A DNA stretch of 64,000 bases from an uncultured bacterium (GTDB taxonomy: Bacteria > Planctomycetota > UBA1135 > GCA-002686595), in the NCBI GenBank assembly GCA_943787795.1, contig CALSNU010000001.1:256001-320000 (forward strand). The letters are read 5' to 3'. This document shows, piece after piece, positions 50,095-59,888 of the stretch. A program made the translations under genes and the position numbers. Within the stretch, counting starts at the first letter, position 1. Each line of letters begins with the position of its first letter. Below the pieces are notes generated by a model that was not told the origin of the DNA, searched no databases, and saw only the letters and a list, made by a program, of their open reading frames with translations.

Positions 50095-51516
50095 ATGCCG
50101 ATCGCCGCCGTCCTCTGCGCCCTCGTACCCGCGCTCCCCGCCCCTCAGGAGGAGGCCGCCCCGGCCGCCGAGCGCCCACCGACCCCCGGGCTGACGTCCC
50201 ACGCGGCGCCGCGGCCCCTGGCCGAGGGGGCGGTGACCGAGGACTGGCCGTCGTTCCTGGGGCCGCGGAGGGACGGGATCTGCCGGGAGACCCCGCTGCG
50301 CTCGGACTTCGGCTCCACGGCTCCGGCGCTGGTGTGGGAGCTGGAGCGGGGGGACGGCTTCGCGAGCCCGGCGATCGCGGACGGGCGACTGGTGTTCACC
50401 CACCGGGTCGGCCGGGAGGTTCACGTGGACTGCCACGAGGCCCTGACGGGCGAGCGCGTCTGGCGGCACTCGTTCCCGTGCGACTACTCGGGGCGCTACT
50501 TCGATCACAACGGTCCCCGGGCGACGCCCACCATCGCGGACGGGCGCGTGGTCGTGCACGGCGTGGGCGGTCTGCTGGTGGTCCTGGACTTCGAGGATGG
50601 CCGCGAGCTCTGGAGCTTCGACAGCACCGAGGTGCTCGAGGTGGGGGACGACTTCTTCGGCGTCGTCTCCTCGCCGCTGGTGGTCGACGACATGGTGGTG
50701 CAGAACTTCGGAGCGCCGGGCGGACCGAGCGTGGCGGCGCTCGACCTGGAGACTGGCGACCCGCGCTGGCTCGCGGGATCGGAGTGGGGTCCCAGCTGCG
50801 CGTCGCCGGTGCTCGCGACCATCGCGGGGGAGCCGCGCATCCTGGTCATCGCGGCCGGCGAGTCCCGCCCGCCGGTGGGCGGCCTGATGATCATCAGCCC
50901 CGAGGGCGAGGTCACCACGCGCTATCCCTTCCGGAGCCGGACGACCCTGAGCGTCAACGGGCCCAGCCCGGTGCCCATGGGGAACAGCGTCTTCCTCACG
51001 GCGGCCTACAACGTGGGCAGCGCCGTGCTGGACGTCGACGAGGAGGGGCGCGGCGTCGAGCGCTGGCGCGACCGTCGCTCGCTGGCCCTCGAGTTCGCGA
51101 CGCCGATCTTCACGGACGGGTTGATCATCGCCGTGGACGGCGTGTCGGGCCGGGCGGGGGCGCTGGTGGCCATCGACCCCAAGGACGGCAAGGAGCGCGC
51201 GCGCACGGCGCTGACCTTCGACCAGGAGATCGGGAGCGGCGACCGCAAGCGCACCCTCTCCACGAGCCTCGGCAAGGGCGCCGTGATGGAGGCCGATGGG
51301 GTCTTCTGGGCCCTGGGCGACACCGGTCAGCTGGTGACGGCGCGGCTCGGAGAGGAGGACTTCGAGGTCATCTCCCAGGCGCCGCTCTTCTACGCCGCCG
51401 AGACCTGGACCCCGCCGGTGATCTGCAACGGCCTCTTGTACGTCTGTCAGAACAACCCCGGCCGCGGGGACGGCTCCGCGAGGCGCCTGCTCTGCTACGA
51501 CGTGCGGGGCGAGTGA
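50095..51516 (+). CDS. PQQ-like beta-propeller protein
   Basis: DWPSFLGP, FASPAIADG, GPRATPTI, WTPPVI..GLLYV. Start at ATG 50095. Confidence 0.88.
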   Translation: MPIAAVLCALVPALPAPQEEAAPAAERPPTPGLTSHAAPRPLAEGAVTEDWPSFLGPRRDGICRETPLRSDFGSTAPALVWELERGDGFASPAIADGRLVFTHRVGREVHVDCHEALTGERVWRHSFPCDYSGRYFDHNGPRATPTIADGRVVVHGVGGLLVVLDFEDGRELWSFDSTEVLEVGDDFFGVVSSPLVVDDMVVQNFGAPGGPSVAALDLETGDPRWLAGSEWGPSCASPVLATIAGEPRILVIAAGESRPPVGGLMIISPEGEVTTRYPFRSRTTLSVNGPSPVPMGNSVFLTAAYNVGSAVLDVDEEGRGVERWRDRRSLALEFATPIFTDGLIIAVDGVSGRAGALVAIDPKDGKERARTALTFDQEIGSGDRKRTLSTSLGKGAVMEADGVFWALGDTGQLVTARLGEEDFEVISQAPLFYAAETWTPPVICNGLLYVCQNNPGRGDGSARRLLCYDVRGE

Positions 51517-51522
51517 GGGGCC

Positions 51523-53719
51523 TCAGGCCCGCCGCGCGGGCCGCCTGCCGTTGAGCATCCACCCGATCGGCGTCGGGCGGATGAGGAGCGCGTAGGTGAG
51601 GAGCAGCGCCGCGAGGCACGCGGTCACCATGACCCCGAGCTTCTGCCAGGCCGGGAGCTCCCAGCGGGCCACGGCCCCCTGGAGCAGGAAGACCAGGGGC
51701 AGGTGGGCCAGGTAGATCCAGTAGGACGCGTCGGAGAGGTAGCGGACCCAGGCGCGCTCCCGGTGGAAGAGCTTCGCGGAGAGCCCGATCAGGCCGAGGG
51801 TCATGGTCCAGGCGAAGGCGGCCTGCATGACGGCGGGGATGAGCGCCTCGAGCTCCCCGCCCTTGGCGCTCTCAGCAGCGGCCCCCGCGGTGAGGAAGAT
51901 CACGATGGCGACGGCGAGCATCGCCGGCCAGCCGCGGGTGAGGCTGCGGGTGTCCGGGTCGAGGCCGCGGACAGCGGCACCGAACAGGAAGAAGACCCCG
52001 TAGTAGGCGAGCACCAGCGGGTCGAAGGCCAGGGCCGAGGACGTGCTGGGCCCGAAGAAGGTCAGCCCCGCGGTGCAGCATGATCGCCTGGAACGTCGCG
52101 GTCAGGGGGACGACGGCGATGAGGGCCAGGGGGGACACGTAGAGGGCCGAGTTGGACGCGGGGGTCCACCGGGCGGCGATGGCGAACACCGGGAGGCTGA
52201 GCACGAGCAGGCCCATGAGGTACCAGAGGAACCAGAGGTGCCCGAGGTCGAAGTCGGCGAGCTCTTCGAGGAGCCCGCTCCCGGGGGGGCTCGGGTCCAG
52301 GACCTCGACGCTCTCCGACGGAGCGCCGGCGAACACCGCCGCCGTACGGCGGACGCGGTCTGGCATGACGCCCAGGTCCACGTCGTACTGGACGAGGCTG
52401 GCCACGAGCTGCGTGAGCCCCTTGCGCTCGTCGCCCCAGGGCCAGAGGGAGAGCTCCATCGGACTCGTGCCGTCCCGGTTCCGAACCCCCGGGTCGGCGC
52501 CCCGGGCGAGGAGGACCCGGCTGGCCTCCGGAGCGGCCCAGAAGGCGGCGCTGTTCAGGGGCGTGCCCTGGGACCCGTCGCGGATCTCCAGGTCCGCGCC
52601 GAGGTCCAGGAGGAGCTCGCAGACCTCGGGCTGATCCGCGGTCGCGGCCCAGTGCAGGGCGGTGAGCTTGAGGTCGTCCCTGGCGTTCACGTCCTCGCCC
52701 GCGGCGATCAGGGCCTCGACCCGCTCCCGGTCACCGGCTCGGGCCGCCGCCCAGAGGTCGAGCTCCGCGCCGCGGGCGCCTACCTCCGAGCCCCCGGCGA
52801 CGTCCTCGAGGTCAAAGACCGAGGCCGTGGCGCGGACCCGGGCCGGCATGGCGGCGAGGTCCAGATCGAATCGGATGAGCCCTGCGACGAAGGTCGTGGC
52901 CACCAGTCGGTCCTCGGCCCAGGGCCACCTCGCCAGGTCCACCGCGCGGGTGCCGTCCTGGTTGCGGGCCTCCGGGTCCGCGCCGCGGGCCAGGAGGACC
53001 TCGCAGGCCGCCGCGGATCCCCAGAACGCGCCGCTGATGAGGGGCGTCGAGGCGGACCCGTCCCTGGCCTCGAGGTCCGCGCCGAGCTCGACGAGGAGCT
53101 CGCAGGCGGCGGCCTGGTCCTCGGTCGCCGCCCAGTGGAGGGCGGTCAGCTGGAAGTCATCCCTTGCGCTGAGGTCCTGTCCCTCCACGTCGAGCGCCCG
53201 GAGGCGCTGCAGGTCCCCGGCTCGGGCGGCGGACCACAGGTCGCGATTCGAATTCGTCGCCAGGCCCTCGGTCCCCCTCGGAGTCGAGCTCGCCCGGGAG
53301 GCCTCGGGCGCGTAGCGCAGCGCGAGGCCCTCGCCCACGGACCACTTCATCAGGGGGAGGATGGTGAAGCACGCGACGACCATGGGGACCAGGACTCTCC
53401 GGACCCGGTGCGAGATCAGGCCGCGCGCCCCACGCCGCTGCCAGAGCATCACTGCGAAGTAGCCGCTCAAGAGGAAGAAGAGCGGCATGCGGAAGCCGTG
53501 GATGAACGCGAAGAGCCCGGTCATCCCCTCCGTGCGGACCTCGTCGGTGATCGGCCAGGGGATGAACGACAGGGAGAGACACGCGTGGAGCACAACGCCG
53601 AGCGACATGGCGAAGCTCCGGACGGCGTCCAGGTCGTGGCGTCGGACCGATTCGGGGGCCCCGCTCGAGGGCGAGCTGGAGCGCGGGCTGGCGGTCGTGT
53701 CGACGGGGAGGGTCGTCAT
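51523..53719 (-). CDS. acyltransferase family 3 (OpgC/MdoC-like) with inserted ankyrin repeats; one frameshift near 52067
   Basis: RRHDLDAVR..LGVVLH, FIHGFRMPLFFLLSGYF, HLWFLWYL, YLSDASYWIYLAHLP; ankyrin LTALHWAA / TPL..A / LL..GAD repeats. Removing one G from GGGG at 52066-52069 joins the two ORFs. Confidence 0.85.
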
Positions 53720-53831
53720 GTTCGGGATCCGATCGGCTGGGGGCAGGCCCCCTCCACCTTCGCACGGACCGCGCGGGTATTCTCCGCGCGGGCTTCGAAA
53801 CCCCGGCTCAGCTCCCCGTTGGACCGAGCCC

Positions 53832-53851
53832 GGCCGGCCCACGGGCCGGCC
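53832..53851. other. perfect GC stem-loop between co-oriented genes
   Basis: GGCCGGCCC-AC-GGGCCGGCC, with no U-tract. Confidence 0.4.
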
Positions 53852-53917
53852 ACCCCTGGGCTCCGATGGCAGGGCACCGCGCGGGCCTCGGCCCGATGGG
53901 AGCCCGTTGGGGCCTGT

Positions 53918-54673
53918 TCAGGGCAGCTCGCGGATCCGGAGGTTCCGGAACTGCACGGGGGCAGCCTCGGCCTCGAGGGCGAGGTAGCCCGTGGCCGGCT
54001 GGCAGTCGCGGCCGCCGTTGACCTCTTCGCCGTTCACCCACAGTCGCACCTCGCCGTTGATGGCGCGGACGTAGTAGTGGTTCCACTCGCCGTGGGGCCG
54101 CGTGAGCCGCTGGGTCGGGAAGCTACGGGGGCTCTTGGGCTGGCCCACCTTGTACGGCGCACCGCCCTCGTCCGAGTACTCGATGGCGGGCGTGAAGGCC
54201 CTCATCTTCGAGGCGCCCACGGGGAAGACGTCCCCGTGGCTCGTGAACCAGTTGGAGTGCTTGCCCTTGTTCTTGAGCCAGTTGGCCTCGTAGCCGAGGT
54301 CGAGGACCTGGACCTCGATGCCGCTGCGGGGAAGCGTGCCAGGGGGCAGGTCCGTGAAGGCGGACTCGGGGCACCACAGGAACAGGCCGGAGTTGCCGGC
54401 GAAGGTCTCGTGCTTCCACTCGACCACCATCTCGAAGTTGGTGTAGGTCTTCTGGCTCCGGGCGCCGCCCACGGGCCGCCCGGTGCAGTGGATCACGCCG
54501 TCCTCCTCGCGCCAGGTGGTGTCGTCGCCGTTGACGTTGACGAAGTCGGCGAGGGTGAGGGTCGTCCAGCCCTCGCCGTCCACGTGGGCGCGCTGGAGCT
54601 CGGCGGCGGGGAGCGCGGCCCACAGGCCGGCGGCGGCCGGGATTGCGGCCAGGGAGAGCTTGAGGAGGTTCAT
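53918..54673 (-). CDS. DUF1080 (3-keto-glycoside hydrolase-like) secreted protein
   Basis: YTNF..VEWK, GNSG, IEVQVLD, GEWNHY, VNG, GYLALEAE..VQFRNLRI. Confidence 0.88.
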   Translation of the reverse strand: MNLLKLSLAAIPAAAGLWAALPAAELQRAHVDGEGWTTLTLADFVNVNGDDTTWREEDGVIHCTGRPVGGARSQKTYTNFEMVVEWKHETFAGNSGLFLWCPESAFTDLPPGTLPRSGIEVQVLDLGYEANWLKNKGKHSNWFTSHGDVFPVGASKMRAFTPAIEYSDEGGAPYKVGQPKSPRSFPTQRLTRPHGEWNHYYVRAINGEVRLWVNGEEVNGGRDCQPATGYLALEAEAAPVQFRNLRIRELP

Positions 54674-54680
54674 GGCGGGG

Positions 54681-56060
54681 TCAGTCCTTGGACTTGGCGA
54701 GGCAGTAGAGGAAGTCGCCCGTGCGCAGGTAGAGCCGGTCGCCCACGGCTACGGGGGAGGAGAGGGTGAAGGAGCCGTCGAGCTCGTTGACGGCCAGCTG
54801 CTTGAATTCAGGGCCCGCCGCGAGGACCACGGTGATGCCCTCCTCGTTGGTGATGTAGAGCTTGCCGTCCGCGAGCAGCGGGGACGAGGACACGGTCCCT
54901 TCGACGGTCCGCTCCGGGCCCCAGAGGGCCTCGCCGGTGGCGCCCACGATGCAGGTGACGAGCCCCGCGTCGTCCACCATGTAGAGGTGGGTCCCGTCAC
55001 TCGCCGGGGTCGGAACATCGGGGCCGCCGCGGGTGTCCCAGCGCCAGCGCACGTCCTCGTCGGTCAGGGGCTCGACGCCGCCCGTGTCGATGGCGAGCAC
55101 CGGCCGCTCGCGGGTCGGCGCCACCAAGATGTCGCCCACCATGACGGCCGACGGCACGATGCGGTAGTTCGTGGCCTTGCGCGGGTTGAGCCCGTCCACG
55201 CGCCACAGCTCCTTGCCGGAGTCGAGGGCGTGGCCCGTCACCACGTCGCCGCCGGTGATGACGAGCTCGGCGCCGCCCTCGCGCTCGATCACCAGCGGCG
55301 TGGTGTAGGCGTCGGGGGACTCGCGCGGCGCGTCGGTGGGCCGCTCGGCGTGCCAGCGGAGCTCGCCCGACTTCGCGTCGAAGGCCGCGATGTAGGAGGG
55401 GTCGTCGGTCTTCATCCCGTGCAGCACCTGCACGATCAGGAGGCCATCGTGGAGCACCGGGGAGGAGGCGTAGCCCCAGAGAAGCCCGAACGGACCCCAG
55501 CGCTCCTGCAGGTTGGTGGACCACGCCAGCTCGCCATCGAAGTCGTGGGCGCTCACGGTCCCGTTCCCGGTGACGGTCCACACGTGGGCCCCGTCGGTGA
55601 CCGGAGAGGCCGAGGCGCGGTTGGCCTTGTAGTGGAGCTCATTGCCCTCGTCGAGGCTCCGCGACCAGCGCACCGCTCCGTCCGTCGTGCTCAGGCAGTG
55701 GAGCAGCATCTGGGGGCCGCCCGGATCACGGCGCGGCCGCCGCCGCCCCTTGGGCTGCTCCTCGGGAGCTTCGGGCGCGGGGGACGAGGCGGAGAGGACG
55801 AAGAGGTGGTCGCCGCTGATGGCGGGGGTCGCGCCGGAGAACGTGGGCATCGGGGTTCGCCAGACCACGTGCTCCTCGACGGTCCACGTGGTGGGGAGCC
55901 CCTCCGCGTCTGGCGCGGTTCCCCGGAGCTCGGGGCCCCTCCAGTTGCTCCACCCGGGCTGGCCGTCCTGGGGGCCGGCGAGCGGCGCCGGGGCCGAGGG
56001 TGGCGTGGCTGCGGCGAGGAAGAGGACGCCCAGGAGCGAGGAGAGGGGAGGAATCGTCAT
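54681..56060 (-). CDS. PQQ-like beta-propeller protein
   Basis: Signal peptide, WSNWRGP, ASASPVTDG, YASSPV, SSPVAVGDRLYLRT. Confidence 0.9.
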   Translation of the reverse strand: MTIPPLSSLLGVLFLAAATPPSAPAPLAGPQDGQPGWSNWRGPELRGTAPDAEGLPTTWTVEEHVVWRTPMPTFSGATPAISGDHLFVLSASSPAPEAPEEQPKGRRRPRRDPGGPQMLLHCLSTTDGAVRWSRSLDEGNELHYKANRASASPVTDGAHVWTVTGNGTVSAHDFDGELAWSTNLQERWGPFGLLWGYASSPVLHDGLLIVQVLHGMKTDDPSYIAAFDAKSGELRWHAERPTDAPRESPDAYTTPLVIEREGGAELVITGGDVVTGHALDSGKELWRVDGLNPRKATNYRIVPSAVMVGDILVAPTRERPVLAIDTGGVEPLTDEDVRWRWDTRGGPDVPTPASDGTHLYMVDDAGLVTCIVGATGEALWGPERTVEGTVSSSPLLADGKLYITNEEGITVVLAAGPEFKQLAVNELDGSFTLSSPVAVGDRLYLRTGDFLYCLAKSKD

Positions 56061-56197
56061 GTGGGGGAAGGGGGCGGGGGCTCACGCATCCTATCGCTCC
56101 GGACCCGGATTGCGGTGACGGCCTGGGGGCCCCCTGGGTGCTCGCCCGAGCTCCAGGCACCCCAGGGGTCGTGCTCGTGGCCCCTGCTGCGCCGGGG

Positions 56198-56221
56198 CCG
56201 GAGCCCGGAACCGGGCTCCGG
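56198..56221. other. perfect inverted repeat in a divergent intergenic region
   Basis: CCGGAGCCCGG-AA-CCGGGCTCCGG. A second, near-perfect stem lies at 56131-56168. Confidence 0.5.
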
Positions 56222-56355
56222 ACGGGGGACGCTCCGCGGGCTATCACGATCGAGGGGTCGCCTCTACCGTGATTCAAACCACGCGCCCGTCCCCGCTCCT
56301 CGAAGGGAGAGGGCCAGGCGACCCCACCCTTTGACTGCAGTCCCCGCGCCGCGCC

Positions 56356-57831
56356 ATGATCCGAGCCACCGCCAGCCTCTTCATCGCCCTCTTCATCTCC
56401 GCTCCCGCGCCGGCGTGGAGCCATGCGGACGTGGAGGCGCCCAGGGTGCTGTTCCTGACCCACTCGGCCGGCTTCGTTCACTCGGTCGTGCGGCGGCCTG
56501 CGCCTGACCAGCTGGCCCACGCGGAGCGAGTGCTGAAGGAGGCGGCGGAGGGCCGGCTTGTGGTGGACTGCACCCAGGACTGCGGGGCCATCACCGCGGA
56601 GAACCTCGCGGGCTACGACGCGGTCCTCTTCTACACGACGGGCACGCTGCCCATCAGCGACGAGGGGAAGGCGGCCCTCATTGACTGGGTCCGCGCGGGC
56701 GGCGCGTTCTGCGGCGTGCACTGCGCGACGGACACCTTCTACGAGTTTGCGGACTACATGGGGCTCGTGGGCGGCGCGTTCGACGGGCACCCTTGGCACG
56801 AGGAGGTGACGATGACCGTGGAGGACGGGATGCACCCGGCCACGTCGCACCTCGGGGAGCGCTGGGTGCTGACCGACGAGATCTACCAGTTCAAGTGGTG
56901 GCACCGTCACCCCAACCACGTGCTGCTCTCCCTCGACGCCGGCGCCAACGATGTGGCCCGCGGCAAGCGCGTGGACCGCGACTATGCGAACGCCTGGTGT
57001 AAGGACTTCGGCCAGGGGAAGATGTTCTACACGGCGCTCGGGCACCGCGAGGACGTCTGGACGAACCCGGACTTCCAGGAACACCTGATCGGTGGGATCG
57101 AGTGGGCCGTCGACGGCGGCTCGGTGTCGGCGCCCGCGCCCCCCGGCGCCCTGGTGCTCTTGGATGTGGCGGACCGCCGTCCCTCACGGACGCTGGCCGG
57201 CTGGCGGCACGGAGATGGTGGCGCGGCGAAGTGGCGGGTGACGATTCCCACGCCGAAGGCCAGCACTGGCGGCGCGGCACCTTCGGAAGCGGCGGACCCC
57301 GCGGTGAGCAAGGAGTTGGCGGGGCGTCTTGGCTACATGCAGGTGGTGCCGGGGACCGGCAACCTCTTCACCCGCGCAGAGCTAGGGGGCGATTACCTGC
57401 TGCACCTCGAGTTCATGGTGCCGCCCACGCCGGAGACGAGCGGGTGGCAGGACCGCGGGAACAGCGGCGTCTATGTCCAGGGGCGCTATGAGGTCCAGGT
57501 CCTCGACTCGCTCGGGCTCAAGCTGAGGAGCGGCGACTGTGGCGGGATCTACGGCAAGCACGTCGCGGACGTGGACGCGTGCAAGCCCGCGGGCCAGTGG
57601 CAGAGCTACGACATCGAGTTCCGCTCACCGCGCAGGGACGGCGAGGGGGCAAAGTCGGAGAACGCTCGCATGTCGGTCTGGCACAACGGAATCCTCATCC
57701 ACGACGACGTCGAGGTGGATGGCCCCACGGCCGCGGCCGTCGGCGGGGACGAGCCCGGCTTTGGACCGATCATGCTCCAGGATCACGGGCACCCGGTCCG
57801 CTACCGGAACATCTGGGCCTTGCCGCGCTGA
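56356..57831 (+). CDS. ThuA-like domain + DUF1080 fusion, secreted
   Basis: VLFLTHSAGFVH, GVHCATDT, DEIYQF, FYTALGH (ThuA-like); GNSGVY..YEVQVLDS, GQWQSYDI, LQDHG..VRYRNIW (DUF1080). Confidence 0.88.
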   Translation: MIRATASLFIALFISAPAPAWSHADVEAPRVLFLTHSAGFVHSVVRRPAPDQLAHAERVLKEAAEGRLVVDCTQDCGAITAENLAGYDAVLFYTTGTLPISDEGKAALIDWVRAGGAFCGVHCATDTFYEFADYMGLVGGAFDGHPWHEEVTMTVEDGMHPATSHLGERWVLTDEIYQFKWWHRHPNHVLLSLDAGANDVARGKRVDRDYANAWCKDFGQGKMFYTALGHREDVWTNPDFQEHLIGGIEWAVDGGSVSAPAPPGALVLLDVADRRPSRTLAGWRHGDGGAAKWRVTIPTPKASTGGAAPSEAADPAVSKELAGRLGYMQVVPGTGNLFTRAELGGDYLLHLEFMVPPTPETSGWQDRGNSGVYVQGRYEVQVLDSLGLKLRSGDCGGIYGKHVADVDACKPAGQWQSYDIEFRSPRRDGEGAKSENARMSVWHNGILIHDDVEVDGPTAAAVGGDEPGFGPIMLQDHGHPVRYRNIWALPR

Positions 57832-58030
57832 CGGACCCGGACCGCGGCGCCCATGGAGAGGTCCGGCGAGCAGAGCTTGCGCTCAAGGAAGATGAGAAGC
57901 GCGTAAGGAGGGCCGCTCCTGGCGGCTCCGAGCTGTCCTGAGGCCGTCCTCGACCGATTCGATTGCTAGGCTGGCTCCGGACCCTCTCTCGCTTCCCTTC
58001 CCCGGCGCCCGTCCGGCGCCCGCTGGCTCG

Positions 58031-59395
58031 ATGAATCGAACACTGCTCTCCGCCTGCGCCGCCGCGCTCACGCTCTCCGCTCTCGCCGGGTCCGCCGAGG
58101 CCTTCTCGATCCAGGAGGGGGACAGCTGGCCCTCCTGGCGCGGGCCGGACCGGAACGGCGTGGCCCCCTCGGGCGGCGCGCCGACCGTCTGGGGTGAGGA
58201 GAAGAACGTTCGCTGGCGCGCCGAGCTGCCTGGTCTGGGTATCTCGACGCCGGTGATCTGGGGCGACTACCTCTACGTCACCACCGCGGTGGAGACCGAC
58301 AAGCTTGCCGATGGGGCGAAGGCCGAGCCCGAGCCCGAGGGAGGCCGGCGCCGTGGTCGGCGGGGCCGGGGCTCATCGGGTCCGAAGAAGGTCCACGAGT
58401 TCCGCGTCATGTGCGTCAGCCGTGCGGATGGCAGCCTGGTCTGGAGCCAGAAGGTCGCCGAGACCGCGCCGCACGAGGGCATCCATGGGACCAACTCCCA
58501 GGCGTCGGCGTCACCGATCACGGACGGCGAGCACATCTGGGCCTTCTTTGGCTCCCGCGGCCTGCACTGCCTCGACATGGAGGGCGACCTCGTCTGGTCG
58601 AAGGACTTCGGGAAGATGAAGACCCGCAACGAGTTCGGTGAGGGCGCGTCGCCGGCCGTCCACGGCGACAAGATCGTGGTGCTCTGGGACCACGAGGGGG
58701 TCGACTTCATCGCCGCCGTCAACAAGGAGACGGGTAAGGAAGCCTGGCGGACCGAGCGAGACGAGGTCACCACGTGGGTCACGCCTCTCATCGTTCCGGT
58801 TGGAGATCAGGTCCAGGTCATCACGACGGGAACGGACGCGTCGCGCGCCTACAACCTCGAAAACGGCGAGGAGATCTGGTCCATCGGGGGGATGACGACC
58901 AACTGCGTGCCGACGCCCATTCACAAGGACGGGGTCGTGTACTTGATGAGCGGCTTCCGCGGCTCTGCGCTGCAGGCCATCAAGCTCGAGGGTGCGGTCG
59001 GAGACCTCAAGGAGAGCAAGAACCTGCTCTGGAGCTACGGCAAGAACACGCCCTATGTTCCGTCCGGCGTGCTCGTCGACGGGAAGCTCTACTTCCTGCG
59101 GGTCAACTCTGGTCGCGTGACGTGCCTCGACGCGGCGAGCGGCAAGGAGCACTTCTCGGCGGAGAACCTGGGTGGGATCCGCTCGGTCTACGCTTCCCTC
59201 ACGGCCTCGGGTGGGAACATCTACGCGGCGTCCCGAGAGGGCGAGACCGTCATCTTCAAGGTGAGCGACACCTTCGAGCAGGTCGCCTCGAACACCCTCG
59301 ACGACGCCTTCGACGCCTCACCGGTGATGGTGGACGGCGAGCTGTACCTGCGCGGGCGCAAGGCCCTCTACTGCATCACAGCCGACGGCGAGTGA
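58031..59395 (+). CDS. PQQ-like beta-propeller protein
   Basis: Signal peptide, SWPSWRGP, ASASPITDG, GEGASP, ASPVMVDGELYLRG. Confidence 0.9.
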   Translation: MNRTLLSACAAALTLSALAGSAEAFSIQEGDSWPSWRGPDRNGVAPSGGAPTVWGEEKNVRWRAELPGLGISTPVIWGDYLYVTTAVETDKLADGAKAEPEPEGGRRRGRRGRGSSGPKKVHEFRVMCVSRADGSLVWSQKVAETAPHEGIHGTNSQASASPITDGEHIWAFFGSRGLHCLDMEGDLVWSKDFGKMKTRNEFGEGASPAVHGDKIVVLWDHEGVDFIAAVNKETGKEAWRTERDEVTTWVTPLIVPVGDQVQVITTGTDASRAYNLENGEEIWSIGGMTTNCVPTPIHKDGVVYLMSGFRGSALQAIKLEGAVGDLKESKNLLWSYGKNTPYVPSGVLVDGKLYFLRVNSGRVTCLDAASGKEHFSAENLGGIRSVYASLTASGGNIYAASREGETVIFKVSDTFEQVASNTLDDAFDASPVMVDGELYLRGRKALYCITADGE

Positions 59396-59480
59396 TCCCG
59401 GCGAGGCGGCGGTCCGCGTCACGGCTCTTCGGCTCCAGATCACTCTCCATGGCAAGGTCTGTGAGGTAGAGTTTCTGGCG

Positions 59481-59819
59481 ATGGACCGCTTCACCACCTT
59501 CAATCTGATCTTCTTCCCTGCCCTGGCTGGTGCGCTCGCACTGGCGGCATGGGGGGGCTGGAAGCGTGGATGGCTGCTCTCTCTCGCTGGCCTCCTGGGC
59601 GGCGTGCTCCTGTTCTGGGGGGGCCTCTTGGCCGCGCTGGGCGCCTACTTCACGGCCTGGCAGCAGATCCCTGACCCGCCGGAGGAGGCCTTCTCGGACG
59701 GTGCCTCCCTGGTCCTCGTCCTCCTGGTGGGCTGGCTCCCCGGGCTCGTGCTCAGCGGCGCCGCCTTCGCGGTGGCGCGCCTGATCCGTGCGCGTCGGAA
59801 CGCTGCTGGGAGAGCCTGA
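59481..59819 (+). CDS. small hypothetical membrane protein
   Basis: Three hydrophobic segments with a basic C-terminus. Confidence 0.65.
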   Translation: MDRFTTFNLIFFPALAGALALAAWGGWKRGWLLSLAGLLGGVLLFWGGLLAALGAYFTAWQQIPDPPEEAFSDGASLVLVLLVGWLPGLVLSGAAFAVARLIRARRNAAGRA

Positions 59820-59888
59820 GAGGTCCGGCAGGCCCTGGCCCCCGGCCGCGGTGCGGCTCGGCGCTGCGGCGTCTCCTCCCCGGCGACC

